A DNA stretch of 63,566 nt, filler included, from an uncultured Myxococcia bacterium (GTDB taxonomy: Bacteria; CAZTWC01), in the NCBI GenBank assembly GCA_964617105.1. It is 3 parts of 3 records of this genome, joined end to end, with 100 filler letters (N's around TTAATTAATTAA, not from the genome) between each part and the next. Parts side by side here need not be neighbours in the genome. Positions count along the whole stretch, not along the records: positions 1 to 13,037 come from CAZTWC010000002.1; 2 more parts are not named here. One strand, 5' to 3'. Below, one piece after another: positions 1 through 9,287 of the stretch. A program made the position numbers and the translations under genes. Within the stretch, counting starts at the first letter, position 1, and each line of letters opens with the position of its first letter. The notes below the pieces were generated by a model. The model was not told the DNA's origin. It was given only the letters and a program-made list of their open reading frames with translations, and made no database searches.

Positions 1-24
1 AACCTGCCAACATAACCTGAACCT

Positions 25-55
25 AAAAGGGCGGCCTGCTGGCCGCCCTTTTTTT
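25..55 (+). terminator. Rho-independent terminator of an upstream gene outside the window
   Basis: AAAAGGGCGGCC-TGCT-GGCCGCCC followed by a T run. Confidence 0.85.
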
Positions 56-74
56 GTACACCACACAACAAACT

Positions 75-101
75 GTAACACGAATCTCATATTGGTAACA
101 A
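75..101. promoter_or_regulatory. Candidate NikR-type operator
   Basis: GTAACAC-13 bp-GTAACAA (reverse complement TTGTTAC-13-GTGTTAC) resembles the 7-13-7 NikR sites I recall for Geobacter; just upstream of a -35 box and a Ni-transporter-like gene. Confidence 0.5.
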
Positions 102-107
102 AACTGA

Positions 108-136
108 TTGACAATTTTAGCCTAAATTATTAATAT
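108..136 (+). promoter_or_regulatory. sigma70-type promoter
   Basis: TTGACA (108-113), 17 bp, TAATAT (131-136). Confidence 0.65.
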
Positions 137-145
137 CCAGATAGA

Positions 146-178
146 GATAGCAGCAGGAAACCCTTTCCTGCTGCTATC
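146..178. other. Perfect 15-bp hairpin in the 5' leader
   Basis: GATAGCAGCAGGAAA-CCC-TTTCCTGCTGCTATC. Confidence 0.8.
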
Positions 179-202
179 CACTAAAATTACCTGGAGAAAA
201 GC

Positions 203-889
203 ATGCCCCACGATACTATTTTACTGATGATAACCGCAGCCTCATTGGGATTTTTCCATACCCTGTTGGGACCTGATCACTACCTGCCCTTTATCGCCAT
301 GGCCAAGGCCCGGAATTGGTCGGCTGTAAAAACAATTCTAATTACTGTTGTTTGTGGTTTTGGCCACATATTGAGTTCAGTGGTGCTGGGGATCATTGGG
401 ATTGGATTTGGCCTGCTGGTCAATAAACTGGAACTGTTTGAATCTTTTCGCGGTGATCTGGCTGCCTGGTTTTTGATCTCCTTTGGACTTATCTATTTTA
501 TTTGGGGAGCCAGAAAAGCCTTCAAGAGCCACGGCCATAGCCATAATCATTTTTTGGGCGCTCACCAATCAAAAACCGAAACCCTGGAAACAAGTGTTAA
601 AAAAGGTGATATAACTCCCTGGATATTGTTTACTATTTTTGTTTTAGGCCCCTGTGAGCCGCTGATTCCCATATTAATGTACCCTGCCGCCCAAAACAGT
701 ACATTTACCATTATTCTGGTGACCTTTATCTTTGGCGCTGTTACCATCCTCACCATGCTGGGATTGGTAATGACCTCCTATTTTGGGTTATCCTTTCTGT
801 CTTTAAAAAACACTGAACGCTATATCCATGCCATTGCCGGCGGAACTATCTGTCTTTGCGGCATGGCCATCCAATTCTTAGGACTGTAA
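203..889 (+). CDS. UreH/NiCoT-related (DsbD_2-like) nickel/cobalt transporter
   Basis: Multi-TM; HTLLGPDHYLPF motif, His-rich loop HGHSHNH, GPCEPLIP motif; GGAG RBS. Confidence 0.75.
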   Translation: MPHDTILLMITAASLGFFHTLLGPDHYLPFIAMAKARNWSAVKTILITVVCGFGHILSSVVLGIIGIGFGLLVNKLELFESFRGDLAAWFLISFGLIYFIWGARKAFKSHGHSHNHFLGAHQSKTETLETSVKKGDITPWILFTIFVLGPCEPLIPILMYPAAQNSTFTIILVTFIFGAVTILTMLGLVMTSYFGLSFLSLKNTERYIHAIAGGTICLCGMAIQFLGL

Positions 890-891
890 TG

Positions 892-1014
892 TAAAATTCG
901 GCTGCATCTCGACTAACTTCGTTGCCAGAGTCAAAATAGTCCTCGGCGTATTATATATACGCCTGCGGGTATTTTGACTCTGGCGCCTTGCTATCCGAGC
1001 GCATCCAAATTTTA
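892..1014. repeat. ~120-bp palindromic REP/MITE-like element between convergent genes
   Basis: Perfect 15-bp stem 924-938/970-984, inner stem 945-951/957-963, outer TAAAATT/AATTTTA; its start GGCTGCATCTCGACTA recurs at 1025-1040; related copy at 34417-34479. Confidence 0.8.
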
Positions 1015-1076
1015 TTGTTGCAATGGCTGCATCTCGACTAGCTGACGCCGAAGGTGATCAGAACCTGGTGTACCGC

Positions 1077-2417
1077 CTATACATTACCCTGGTCAATCAT
1101 GGCATTGGCCACCCGAATAAATCCGGCTATATTGGCGCCATTCACATAGTTTCCCGGAGAGCCATACTGAGCCGCTGCCTGAATACACATTTTATGAATT
1201 TTCTGCATCACCTGGTGCAGCCTTTCGTCCACCTGCTCTCTGCTCCAGGGGGTTTTACTGCTGTTTTGGATCATCTCCAGACCTGAGCAGGCCACTCCGC
1301 CAGCATTGGAGGCTTTGCCGGGCGCATACAGGGTCTTACTGTTCTGAAAAATCTCTACCCCTTTCAAAGAAACCGGCATATTGGCGCCTTCAGCCACACA
1401 GATGCACTTGTTCTCCACCAATTTCCTGGCATCATCCTCCTCTAATTCATTCTCACAGGCACAAGGCAAGGCGATGTGACAGGGCACTTCCCAAGGTCTT
1501 TTACCCGGAAAGTAGTCAACCTTGAACTTATCAGCATAATCCTTGACCATATCCCGGCCGCTAAGGCGCATGGACAGCATATAATCAATCTTTTCTCCCT
1601 TTAGTCCATCAGCATCGTAAATATAGCCGTCCGGTCCCGATAGAGTTACCACTTTTCCACCAAACTCGCTAACCTTGGTAACTGCCCCCCAGGCTACATT
1701 GCCAAAACCAGAAACACAGACTGTTTTGCCATCAAAAGTATCATCAATGGTTTTTAGCATCTCATTGGCAAAGTAGACCAGTCCAAAACCGGTGGCTTCG
1801 GGCCGAAGCAAAGAACCTCCCCAATCGAGTCCTTTACCGGTCAGCACCCCTTCAAAAGTATTTTTCAACCGTTTGTATTGGCCGAACAAAAAGCCGATTT
1901 CCCGGGCTCCAACCCCAATATCGCCAGCCGGAACATCGGTATTTTCCCCAATATACTTAAAAAGTCCGATCATAAAATTGTGACAAAAATTTTCTATTTC
2001 GGCTTCTGAACGCCCTCTGAAATTAAAATCGCTTCCCCCTTTTCCTCCTCCCAACAACAATCCGGTCAAAGCATTTTTAAAAGTCTGCTCAAAACCCAAA
2101 AATTTCAAAATACTCAAAGTCACTGAATCATGAAAACGCAACCCGCCTTTGTAGGGCCCCAAAGCACTGTTAAAGCCCACTCGATAGCCGGTGTTTACCT
2201 GAATATTGCCACTGTCGTCCCGCCAGGGCACCCGAAAAAGATAAACCCGCTCCGGCAGCACAATCCGCTCTAATATTTTAATGGACTTATACTCCAGATT
2301 CTGATCAAAAACCGGACTTAAAGAGGTCAGCACCTCCTCCACCGCCTGAACATACTCTTTTTCCCAGACAAATCTTTTTTTAATATCATCCAACACTTCA
2401 GCAACATAACTATTCAT
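1077..2417 (-). CDS. gdhA: NADP-specific glutamate dehydrogenase
   Basis: GPYKGGLRFH, GGGKGGSDF, DVPAGDIGVG, RPEATG motifs. Confidence 0.97.
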   Translation of the reverse strand: MNSYVAEVLDDIKKRFVWEKEYVQAVEEVLTSLSPVFDQNLEYKSIKILERIVLPERVYLFRVPWRDDSGNIQVNTGYRVGFNSALGPYKGGLRFHDSVTLSILKFLGFEQTFKNALTGLLLGGGKGGSDFNFRGRSEAEIENFCHNFMIGLFKYIGENTDVPAGDIGVGAREIGFLFGQYKRLKNTFEGVLTGKGLDWGGSLLRPEATGFGLVYFANEMLKTIDDTFDGKTVCVSGFGNVAWGAVTKVSEFGGKVVTLSGPDGYIYDADGLKGEKIDYMLSMRLSGRDMVKDYADKFKVDYFPGKRPWEVPCHIALPCACENELEEDDARKLVENKCICVAEGANMPVSLKGVEIFQNSKTLYAPGKASNAGGVACSGLEMIQNSSKTPWSREQVDERLHQVMQKIHKMCIQAAAQYGSPGNYVNGANIAGFIRVANAMIDQGNV

Positions 2418-2701
2418 AACTATTCACCTCTTAAAAAATATCTTTTATATTTAAAATCTGTGGCCAGAAACAATAATTAAGAGTAATCAGCATAAAGTAT
2501 ATCATCACTAAACCAGATGGCAATTTTTAATCATGTTCCCATCCGGGAATTCACTTCATCGCAAAAATTGGCTCAGACTCCTGCCAATAAAGAAGAAACT
2601 TAAGATAATTTATGGCACAGATCATTTTTTTGTTGGCAATTTGGAGCTGGTATGGTCTTATGTTGATGAGTTTTTGAGCAATATTTTTTGATTGCCATGG
2701 A

Positions 2702-2908
2702 ATGGGAGGCGTGTACAGAGGCGGAGTAATGACTAATTTGTGTTGTGAAACTACTGCTAGGGATGCTTTTGTAAGAGATTTTAGGGTATTTTTCCTGGCT
2801 GATGGCACTGCTGCCAGCAGTCAAGAGATGCATTTGGCATCTTTAATCAATTTGGAGTTTGGCTTTGCCCAGGTAAAGACCTGTAAGGAGATGGTGGAGG
2901 TCTTATAA
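2702..2908 (+). pseudogene. C-terminal fragment of an isochorismatase/cysteine hydrolase family gene
   Basis: GVMTNLCCETTARDAFVRDFRV..DGTA is the family C-terminal half; no N-terminal half upstream; stop overlaps the rsgA start (TAATG). Confidence 0.75.
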
Positions 2909-3984
2909 TGGAAATAATAACAAATTTAGAAGATCTCGGCTTCAGCGCCTGGCTTAAAGAGCAAATTAACAATTTGGATTCAAAGGATTTTAACATTGCC
3001 AGGGTTATCGCGGTTAATAAGGAGAACTTTACAATAAAAGATACCAATAATGAACTTGTCGCCAAAATAACAGGGAAATTAATGTTTGGCGCCAATTCCT
3101 CATTAGATTATCCTACTGTGGGCGATTGGGTCTATGCACAATATCTTAATGATGATTCTTATGCTATTATTCACCAAATTCTACCCAGAAAAACTTTTTT
3201 AACCAGGAAGACTGCTGGTAAAAAGATAGCGTTTCAATTATTAGCGGCCAATATAGACACTGCCTTTATTATGCAATCTATTGAAAATTTTAATTCGAAT
3301 CGCTTAGAACGTTATTTGGTAATGATAAATGAGAATAAGATACAACCTGTAGTATTATTGAGTAAAAGCGATTTAGTGTCTAATGAGGAATTAGAAGATA
3401 AAATATCTAAAATTCGTGCAGCATTTCCCAATATCCAAACTTTAACCTTTAGTAATATCAATGGATTTGGATTAAACAGAATACAAGAGTTGTTGCATCG
3501 GCGTAAAACCTATTGCCTGCTTGGATCTTCTGGGGTCGGCAAAACAACTCTGCTAAATACTCTTCATTACCAAAATTTATTTGAAACTCAGGAAGTTAGA
3601 GAAAAAGATGGTAAAGGAAGGCATACTACCACTCGTCGCCAGTTAAGCATGTTAAATAATGGTGCAATGATCATTGATACACCAGGTATGCGCGAACTAG
3701 GTGCAATTGGAGTAGAATCGGGAATAAAGTCAACCTTTGATGATATAAGCCATTTATCAACACTATGCCGTTTTAATAATTGTTCCCATGTTCAAGAAAA
3801 TGGATGTGCGATATTGGCGTCCTTAGAAAAGGGTGAAATCTCCCAAAAGCGTTACCAAAACTATCTAAAGATGAAAAGAGAGTCCATCTACAATGAGATG
3901 TCATATTATGAGAGGCGGGACAAAGATAGACGCTTTGGCAAATTTTGTAAGTCAGTTATGAAGCACAAGAAAATGAATAAATAA
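2908..3984 (+). CDS. rsgA: Ribosome small subunit-dependent GTPase A
   Basis: PTVGDWV, SKSDL, GSSGVGKTT, GRHTT, DTPG, CRFNNCSH..GC zinc motif. Confidence 0.93.
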   Translation: MEIITNLEDLGFSAWLKEQINNLDSKDFNIARVIAVNKENFTIKDTNNELVAKITGKLMFGANSSLDYPTVGDWVYAQYLNDDSYAIIHQILPRKTFLTRKTAGKKIAFQLLAANIDTAFIMQSIENFNSNRLERYLVMINENKIQPVVLLSKSDLVSNEELEDKISKIRAAFPNIQTLTFSNINGFGLNRIQELLHRRKTYCLLGSSGVGKTTLLNTLHYQNLFETQEVREKDGKGRHTTTRRQLSMLNNGAMIIDTPGMRELGAIGVESGIKSTFDDISHLSTLCRFNNCSHVQENGCAILASLEKGEISQKRYQNYLKMKRESIYNEMSYYERRDKDRRFGKFCKSVMKHKKMNK

Positions 3985-4006
3985 ATGAGCAATAAGTGAA
4001 GCCCTA

Positions 4007-4525
4007 TCAACTCTTTGAGGCACTTCCAGGACAAGCCTTCCTCATGGTACATTCAGCGCAACCTTTTTTCCGTATTGGAAAAGTGATAGCATTAAGTATA
4101 AAATAAGTGACTACCCCAATCCAAAATTCAATACCAAATTTTTCAACTATACCTATGATGATAGAAATAATTAAAATAACTATTGGCGGAATAATGTAAA
4201 AAAATGACAACATCATGCCAATTTTAGGATTGCCGCTATCGCGCTTGAACATCAGAGAACTGATCTTTCCCCATCCCAGATGGCACCATTTATCGTAGTA
4301 ATAACAGCCGGAGCAGTTATGCTTTTTCAACATTACCTGGATAACAATAACCAGTAATATCCAGATAATGGCCAAGACCGGCATTCCTGCAGGTTGCCAG
4401 AAATACCATAATAGGTATCCCGCTGATATCCAACTCCCGAAATGTAATAAGTTTTCAGAAATAATCCAAAGGAGAGGAAAGGTTTCTCGCCCTTTTGTTA
4501 TTTTATCTTTAAAGCAGTCATACAT
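4007..4525 (-). CDS. Uncharacterised 4-TM membrane protein with two Cys clusters
   Basis: Hydrophobic segments; CSGCYYYDKWC and CAECTMRKACP. Confidence 0.75.
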   Translation of the reverse strand: MYDCFKDKITKGRETFPLLWIISENLLHFGSWISAGYLLWYFWQPAGMPVLAIIWILLVIVIQVMLKKHNCSGCYYYDKWCHLGWGKISSLMFKRDSGNPKIGMMLSFFYIIPPIVILIISIIIGIVEKFGIEFWIGVVTYFILNAITFPIRKKGCAECTMRKACPGSASKS

Positions 4526-5008
4526 GTTGATTTTTCCTTTTTCAGGGAAACGGGATAAGCACCGTTAATTATCATCATAAGTTTTGAAGCTGTTCATTTT
4601 AAAACTCTTTATAAATTCTGGCTAAAGGATGTCCAGGTGCCTGGATATCAAGGTTCAAATAATAACCCTAAGGCGTTTGATAAACTTCATAACCAGCCTT
4701 TTTTAGTCGCTCTCTAGCCTGGCATAATAAATTAAAGGGGTTTCTTTGGGTGCTTTTTCAAATCCTACCTCTTTTTCGAAAATAGACAAGCGGCAATCTC
4801 CATCACCTTGATTTATTGCTATTTATGCCTGCCCCAGGGCACCCGGGTTGACCTCCAGGTTGAAATTAGGCACAAGTCGAAATCCTCATATTGAGCAGGA
4901 TTCTTGAATATTTCTGGCAAGCATGCTAATATTTGCCAATATATCGGTTGTAATATCATTCTAAATTGCCCGCATTTTATAAACCAAATAAGGCGTTTTT
5001 CTTATACC

Positions 5009-5836
5009 ATGGATATTGAATCTGCCCAAAATGTCATGCGCCAGGCAATTTTATCCGCCGGCCAACTATTGATGGACTACTTTGTCCGTCCTTTGAAAGT
5101 TGATATCAAAAACAATAACCAGATAGACCTGGTTACCGAAGCAGACAAAAAGGCGGAAAAAGTTATTATCACCTCTATCCAGAAACAATTCCCAGATCAT
5201 TCCATCCTGTCGGAAGAGGATGGCAGTAAAAACAACTCCTCTCCCTATTGCTGGATAATCGACCCTTTAGATGGCACAGTCAACTTTACCCATTCCCTGC
5301 CTATATTCACTATCTCCATAGCATTACATAAAGATAACCAACCCATTATGGGGATGATCTATGATCCCAGCCGCCAGGAACTATTTGAGGCGATTAAAGG
5401 AAATGGAGCCAAACTCAACCACAACCCCATAAAAGTCAGTAATGCCCAGACCATAGGGAAAAGTCTGCTATGCACCGGTTTTCCCTATGATAGGCGGCAA
5501 AATCCGGATAATAACCACGATCTGTTTGTCCACTTTAATATGTTGTCCAGAGGGGTTCGCAGGTTGGGAAGCGCAGCTTTGGATCTCTGCTACGTAGCCT
5601 GCGGCCGCTGGGACGGCTTTTGGGAAAAACGGTTGAAAATATGGGATTTAGCTGCTGGATCTCTAATTGTAGAAGAGGCGGGCGGCAAAGTCACCGATTT
5701 AAATGGAGATAACCTTTATATACAAAGCGGCGACATATTGGCCGCCAACCCGATAATGCACCAACAAATGCTGGTGGAAATTCATCCGAATAACCAGTCA
5801 GAAACAAAAACCAATTATCTTTCTGGAGATCACTAA
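5009..5836 (+). CDS. suhB: Inositol monophosphatase family protein
   Basis: DLVTEAD, SEE, WIIDPLDGTVNF, GSAALD, WDLAAG; ATG 5009 preferred over TTG 4904. Confidence 0.92.
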   Translation: MDIESAQNVMRQAILSAGQLLMDYFVRPLKVDIKNNNQIDLVTEADKKAEKVIITSIQKQFPDHSILSEEDGSKNNSSPYCWIIDPLDGTVNFTHSLPIFTISIALHKDNQPIMGMIYDPSRQELFEAIKGNGAKLNHNPIKVSNAQTIGKSLLCTGFPYDRRQNPDNNHDLFVHFNMLSRGVRRLGSAALDLCYVACGRWDGFWEKRLKIWDLAAGSLIVEEAGGKVTDLNGDNLYIQSGDILAANPIMHQQMLVEIHPNNQSETKTNYLSGDH

Positions 5837-5839
5837 AAA

Positions 5840-6748
5840 ATGAACAATAACAATGAGGAGTTAGTGGCGGTTATTGCCACTAAGGTCAAAGAGAAACTTC
5901 AACAACGGGGATATGCCGAAGAGCAGGGAACACCTTCCAATTGCGACCTGTGTATTACCGATTCGCCGGATAATTGTGCTGGCTGCGGCCACTGTGTGGT
6001 ATTAAAGCCGGAAGCAATAAAAAATATTATTGACCACGGGGCTGACCGAATCGGCTCCAAGCCGGGAAAAGCCGGCCAGGTTAATAACCAAGTGGCGGCT
6101 CTTATCGACCATACCCTGTTAAAACCGGAGGCTACCCGCGAGCAGTTGAAAACACTGTGTGACGAGGCCAAAAAATACGGATTTGCCACCGTATGTGTAA
6201 ATGCGGTCAATATCCGTTATGCCGCTGCTCAGTTAGAGGGGAGCCGGGTTAAACCCATCGCCGTAGTTGGTTTCCCTTTGGGCGCCACCACTCCCCAAAC
6301 CAAGGCTTTTGAAACCAAAGACGCCATTAGAAACGGCGCTCGGGAGATAGATATGGTTATCAATATCGGCGCCCTTAAATCCCGGGATTATCGCTGTGTG
6401 CTGGAGGATATCCAGGCGATAGTTCGGGCAGCGGGCCGTATACCGGTCAAAGTGATCATCGAAGCCGCCTCCCTTAACGATGAAGAGAAAGTTATCGCCT
6501 GTACTCTGTCAAAAATCGCTGGCGCCGCTTTTGTTAAAACCTCCACCGGCTTTGGTAAAGGAGGAGCTACCGTAAAAGATATTACTCTGATGAGAGCAGT
6601 GGTGGGTAAAGAGATGGGAGTCAAAGCCTCTGGAGGCATCCACTCTGCCCAGGATGCCAAAGATATGATGGCGGCTGGCGCCAACCGGATTGGCGCTAGT
6701 GCTTCGGTGGCTATTGTTACTGGAGGTAAAGGATCTGGAAAATATTAA
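5840..6748 (+). CDS. deoC: Deoxyribose-phosphate aldolase with ~85-aa N-terminal helix and Cys-rich extension
   Basis: [43 protein letters not shown]. Confidence 0.95.
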   Translation: MNNNNEELVAVIATKVKEKLQQRGYAEEQGTPSNCDLCITDSPDNCAGCGHCVVLKPEAIKNIIDHGADRIGSKPGKAGQVNNQVAALIDHTLLKPEATREQLKTLCDEAKKYGFATVCVNAVNIRYAAAQLEGSRVKPIAVVGFPLGATTPQTKAFETKDAIRNGAREIDMVINIGALKSRDYRCVLEDIQAIVRAAGRIPVKVIIEAASLNDEEKVIACTLSKIAGAAFVKTSTGFGKGGATVKDITLMRAVVGKEMGVKASGGIHSAQDAKDMMAAGANRIGASASVAIVTGGKGSGKY

Positions 6749-6774
6749 TCTTTTCTTCTTAAAAGGAAAAAACC

Positions 6775-9045
6775 ATGGCCGAAAAACAATTTCTGCAAAC
6801 CACCTGCGATAAATTACAGCAGGAGTTTATTGATCGTAAAACCCTTCTCTCTTTTGACGATTACCTGGGTTTGGTAGAAAAAGAACCACAACGCTATATT
6901 CGCAACTCAGCCCAATATATAAAAGAGATGTTGGAGTATTTTGGCCGCCATCCCCAAAAGGAAAAGGGGAAGGGGAAGGGGAAGGGGAAGAAAAAAGTAA
7001 TGACCAACCGTGGATTCAAACTCTTTGACCTACCCTTTGACCAGGGGGTAAACCGAGTGATAGGGCTGGAAATGGTACAACATACACTGTATCGTTACCT
7101 TTGTAACTTTGTTCAGCAGGGCAAAGTAGATAAATTACTTTTACTACACGGTCCCAACGGCTCGGCTAAGACCTCGGTGGTAAATTGCCTCTCCAGGGGT
7201 TTAGAAGAGTATTCCACCAATGATGAAGGGATTATTTACTCTTTCAACTGGATTTTTCCTAAGGAAAAATTAGTAAAAGGAAACATTGGTTTTCAGGATA
7301 AAGATGGTGAACAATCCACTTCCCAGATTAAAAGTAAAAGTTATGCCTATTTGGATGTGGACAGTGTGGATGCCAAACTATTTTGCGATCTCAAAGATCA
7401 CCCTCTTTTCCTGCTTTCTCAGGAGTTGCGGGCCAAACTGTTTAAACAATGGAAAGATCAAAATATTCTGCCTAAATCTTATGTTATTAGTGATTACCTG
7501 CTAAAAGGTGATTTGTGCCCAAAATGCAAGATGATATTTGAGGCCCTGTTTAACGCCTACCGGGGTGATTTTTCCAAACTCTTACAGCATATTCAGGTGG
7601 AAAGATTCTATTTTTCCCGTAAATACCGGCAAGGTCTCGTATCTATAGATCCCCAAATGAGTGTTGACGCCAATAGCAGACAAATAACCCAGGATGCCAG
7701 TACAAGCGCCCTGCCCCCTTCACTGAAAAGCCTTAACCTGTTCGAATTCAGCGGCGCCCTGGTGAATTCCAACCGGGGCATGTTGGAATACAACGACATG
7801 CTAAAGCGCCCCATCGAGTCCTTCAAATACCTGCTACCTACCTGCGAAAACAATCAGGTATCTTTACCCAATGCCCTGTTGAGGCTGGATGGCCTGTTTA
7901 TCGGCACCTCTAACGACACCCATTTTGACGCTTTCAAGGAGTACCCAGATTTCAATTCCTTTAAAGCCAGAATTGAACTTATCAAGGTTCCCTATATTTT
8001 ACGTTACTCTCAGGAAAAAATGATTTATGATGAGATAATCAAACAAAGCGGTTTAACCAAGCATATTGCTCCTCACGTCACTACCATAACCTCTATGTGG
8101 GCGGTTTTGAGCCGGCTTATTAAGCCCGATCCCAACAATTTCCCTAAGCAGATCCGAGAAATAATCGAAAAACTCTCGCCAGTTGAAAAAATGAAACTAT
8201 ATGATCATGGGGAATTACCACTGAAATTATCTTCAAATGAATTAAAGGAGTTAAAAAAATGTTTGGGTCGAATCTTTAAAGAAAACGCCCGCGGTCCCTT
8301 TTATGAGGGTCGGTTTGGTGCCTCGGTTAGAGAGTTGCGCATGGTTCTTCTCAATGCGGCTCAAAACCCCCGCTTTAAGTGTTTTAACCCCCAGGCAGTT
8401 TTTGGAGAACTGAGCCGCCTGGCAGAACAAAAAGATGTCTATCCCTTTTTGAACCGAAAAGCAGAAGGGGAATATTATGACAACTCAATCTATATTAAAA
8501 TGATCATACACGAATATCTGGAAATGGTGGACAACGAGGTGTCCGACTCTATGGGGCTGGCCGATGAGAGCAGTTACAAAGAGTTGTTTGAACGCTACGT
8601 GTTCCATGTCCGCCACTGGATTAAAAAGGAAAAATATGAAGATGAAGTGAGCGGCCAACTCCGGGATCCAGATAAACAATTTATGCAGCACATGGAAAAT
8701 ATCATTGTGGAGGGAAAAGAGGACTATGCCGATTTCCGCCGTTCGCTGATCACCAAAATTGGCGCTTTCAGGCTTGAACATCCTGAAGGTGACTTAGAAT
8801 ATAAAACTATTTTCCCCAACTATCTCAACAGTTTAAAGGAAGATTTTTTCAAAGATAGACGGGAAGTAATCAACAGCAACAAAGAACACTTTATCAGGTA
8901 TATGTCTGATGAAAAGAGAGAATTGGATGACAAGGATTTAAAAATGGTGGAAAAAATGTTGAGCACCATGAAAAATCAGTACAACTACTGTGAGCACTGT
9001 GCCCGGGATGCGATTATCTTCTTGCTGAAAAACCGGTATAACTAA
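6775..9045 (+). CDS. prkA: PrkA/YeaG-family AAA+ serine protein kinase
   Basis: LLLHGPNGSAKT Walker A, SNRGMLEY.DMLKRP, GRFGASVRE, C-terminal YNYCEHCA. Confidence 0.85.
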   Translation: MAEKQFLQTTCDKLQQEFIDRKTLLSFDDYLGLVEKEPQRYIRNSAQYIKEMLEYFGRHPQKEKGKGKGKGKKKVMTNRGFKLFDLPFDQGVNRVIGLEMVQHTLYRYLCNFVQQGKVDKLLLLHGPNGSAKTSVVNCLSRGLEEYSTNDEGIIYSFNWIFPKEKLVKGNIGFQDKDGEQSTSQIKSKSYAYLDVDSVDAKLFCDLKDHPLFLLSQELRAKLFKQWKDQNILPKSYVISDYLLKGDLCPKCKMIFEALFNAYRGDFSKLLQHIQVERFYFSRKYRQGLVSIDPQMSVDANSRQITQDASTSALPPSLKSLNLFEFSGALVNSNRGMLEYNDMLKRPIESFKYLLPTCENNQVSLPNALLRLDGLFIGTSNDTHFDAFKEYPDFNSFKARIELIKVPYILRYSQEKMIYDEIIKQSGLTKHIAPHVTTITSMWAVLSRLIKPDPNNFPKQIREIIEKLSPVEKMKLYDHGELPLKLSSNELKELKKCLGRIFKENARGPFYEGRFGASVRELRMVLLNAAQNPRFKCFNPQAVFGELSRLAEQKDVYPFLNRKAEGEYYDNSIYIKMIIHEYLEMVDNEVSDSMGLADESSYKELFERYVFHVRHWIKKEKYEDEVSGQLRDPDKQFMQHMENIIVEGKEDYADFRRSLITKIGAFRLEHPEGDLEYKTIFPNYLNSLKEDFFKDRREVINSNKEHFIRYMSDEKRELDDKDLKMVEKMLSTMKNQYNYCEHCARDAIIFLLKNRYN
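6964..6987 (+). repeat. (AAGGGG)4 in-frame microsatellite encoding KGKGKGKG
   Basis: Four exact tandem hexamers inside prkA. Confidence 0.9.
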
Positions 9046-9067
9046 TAAAATAATCAGAGTTATTTTT

Positions 9068-9247
9068 TTACCCCAGTAACTTGCCGCCAATGGCCCAATC
9101 TTCCCGCGGGACCTCTTCTATAACAATATAAGTATACTGAGCAGGCTTACCAGTGACCTCGGTAATCACCTGGGTCACTTTTTCTGCCAAAGCCTCTTTT
9201 TGCTTTTTGTCCACTTCACCGGCCAGTTTAATATTAACAAATGGCAT
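9068..9247 (-). CDS. 4-oxalocrotonate tautomerase family protein (59 aa, not in the ORF track)
   Basis: Manual translation MPFVNIKLAGEVDKKQKEALAEKVTQVITEVTGKPAQYTYIVIEEVPREDWAIGGKLLG; catalytic Pro1; AGGAGAGGA RBS. Confidence 0.92.
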   Translation of the reverse strand: MPFVNIKLAGEVDKKQKEALAEKVTQVITEVTGKPAQYTYIVIEEVPREDWAIGGKLLG

Positions 9248-9287
9248 ATTCTTGTCCTCTCCTACGAATATCCGAGAATCCGGATTC

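Noticed and set aside
2908-4600. Integron cassette array
   Set aside because: No attC-like sites or integrase; genes are in opposite orientations
4560-4960. Possible decayed minus-strand ORF with several in-frame stops
   Set aside because: No recognisable family motif; cannot be told from non-coding sequence without a search
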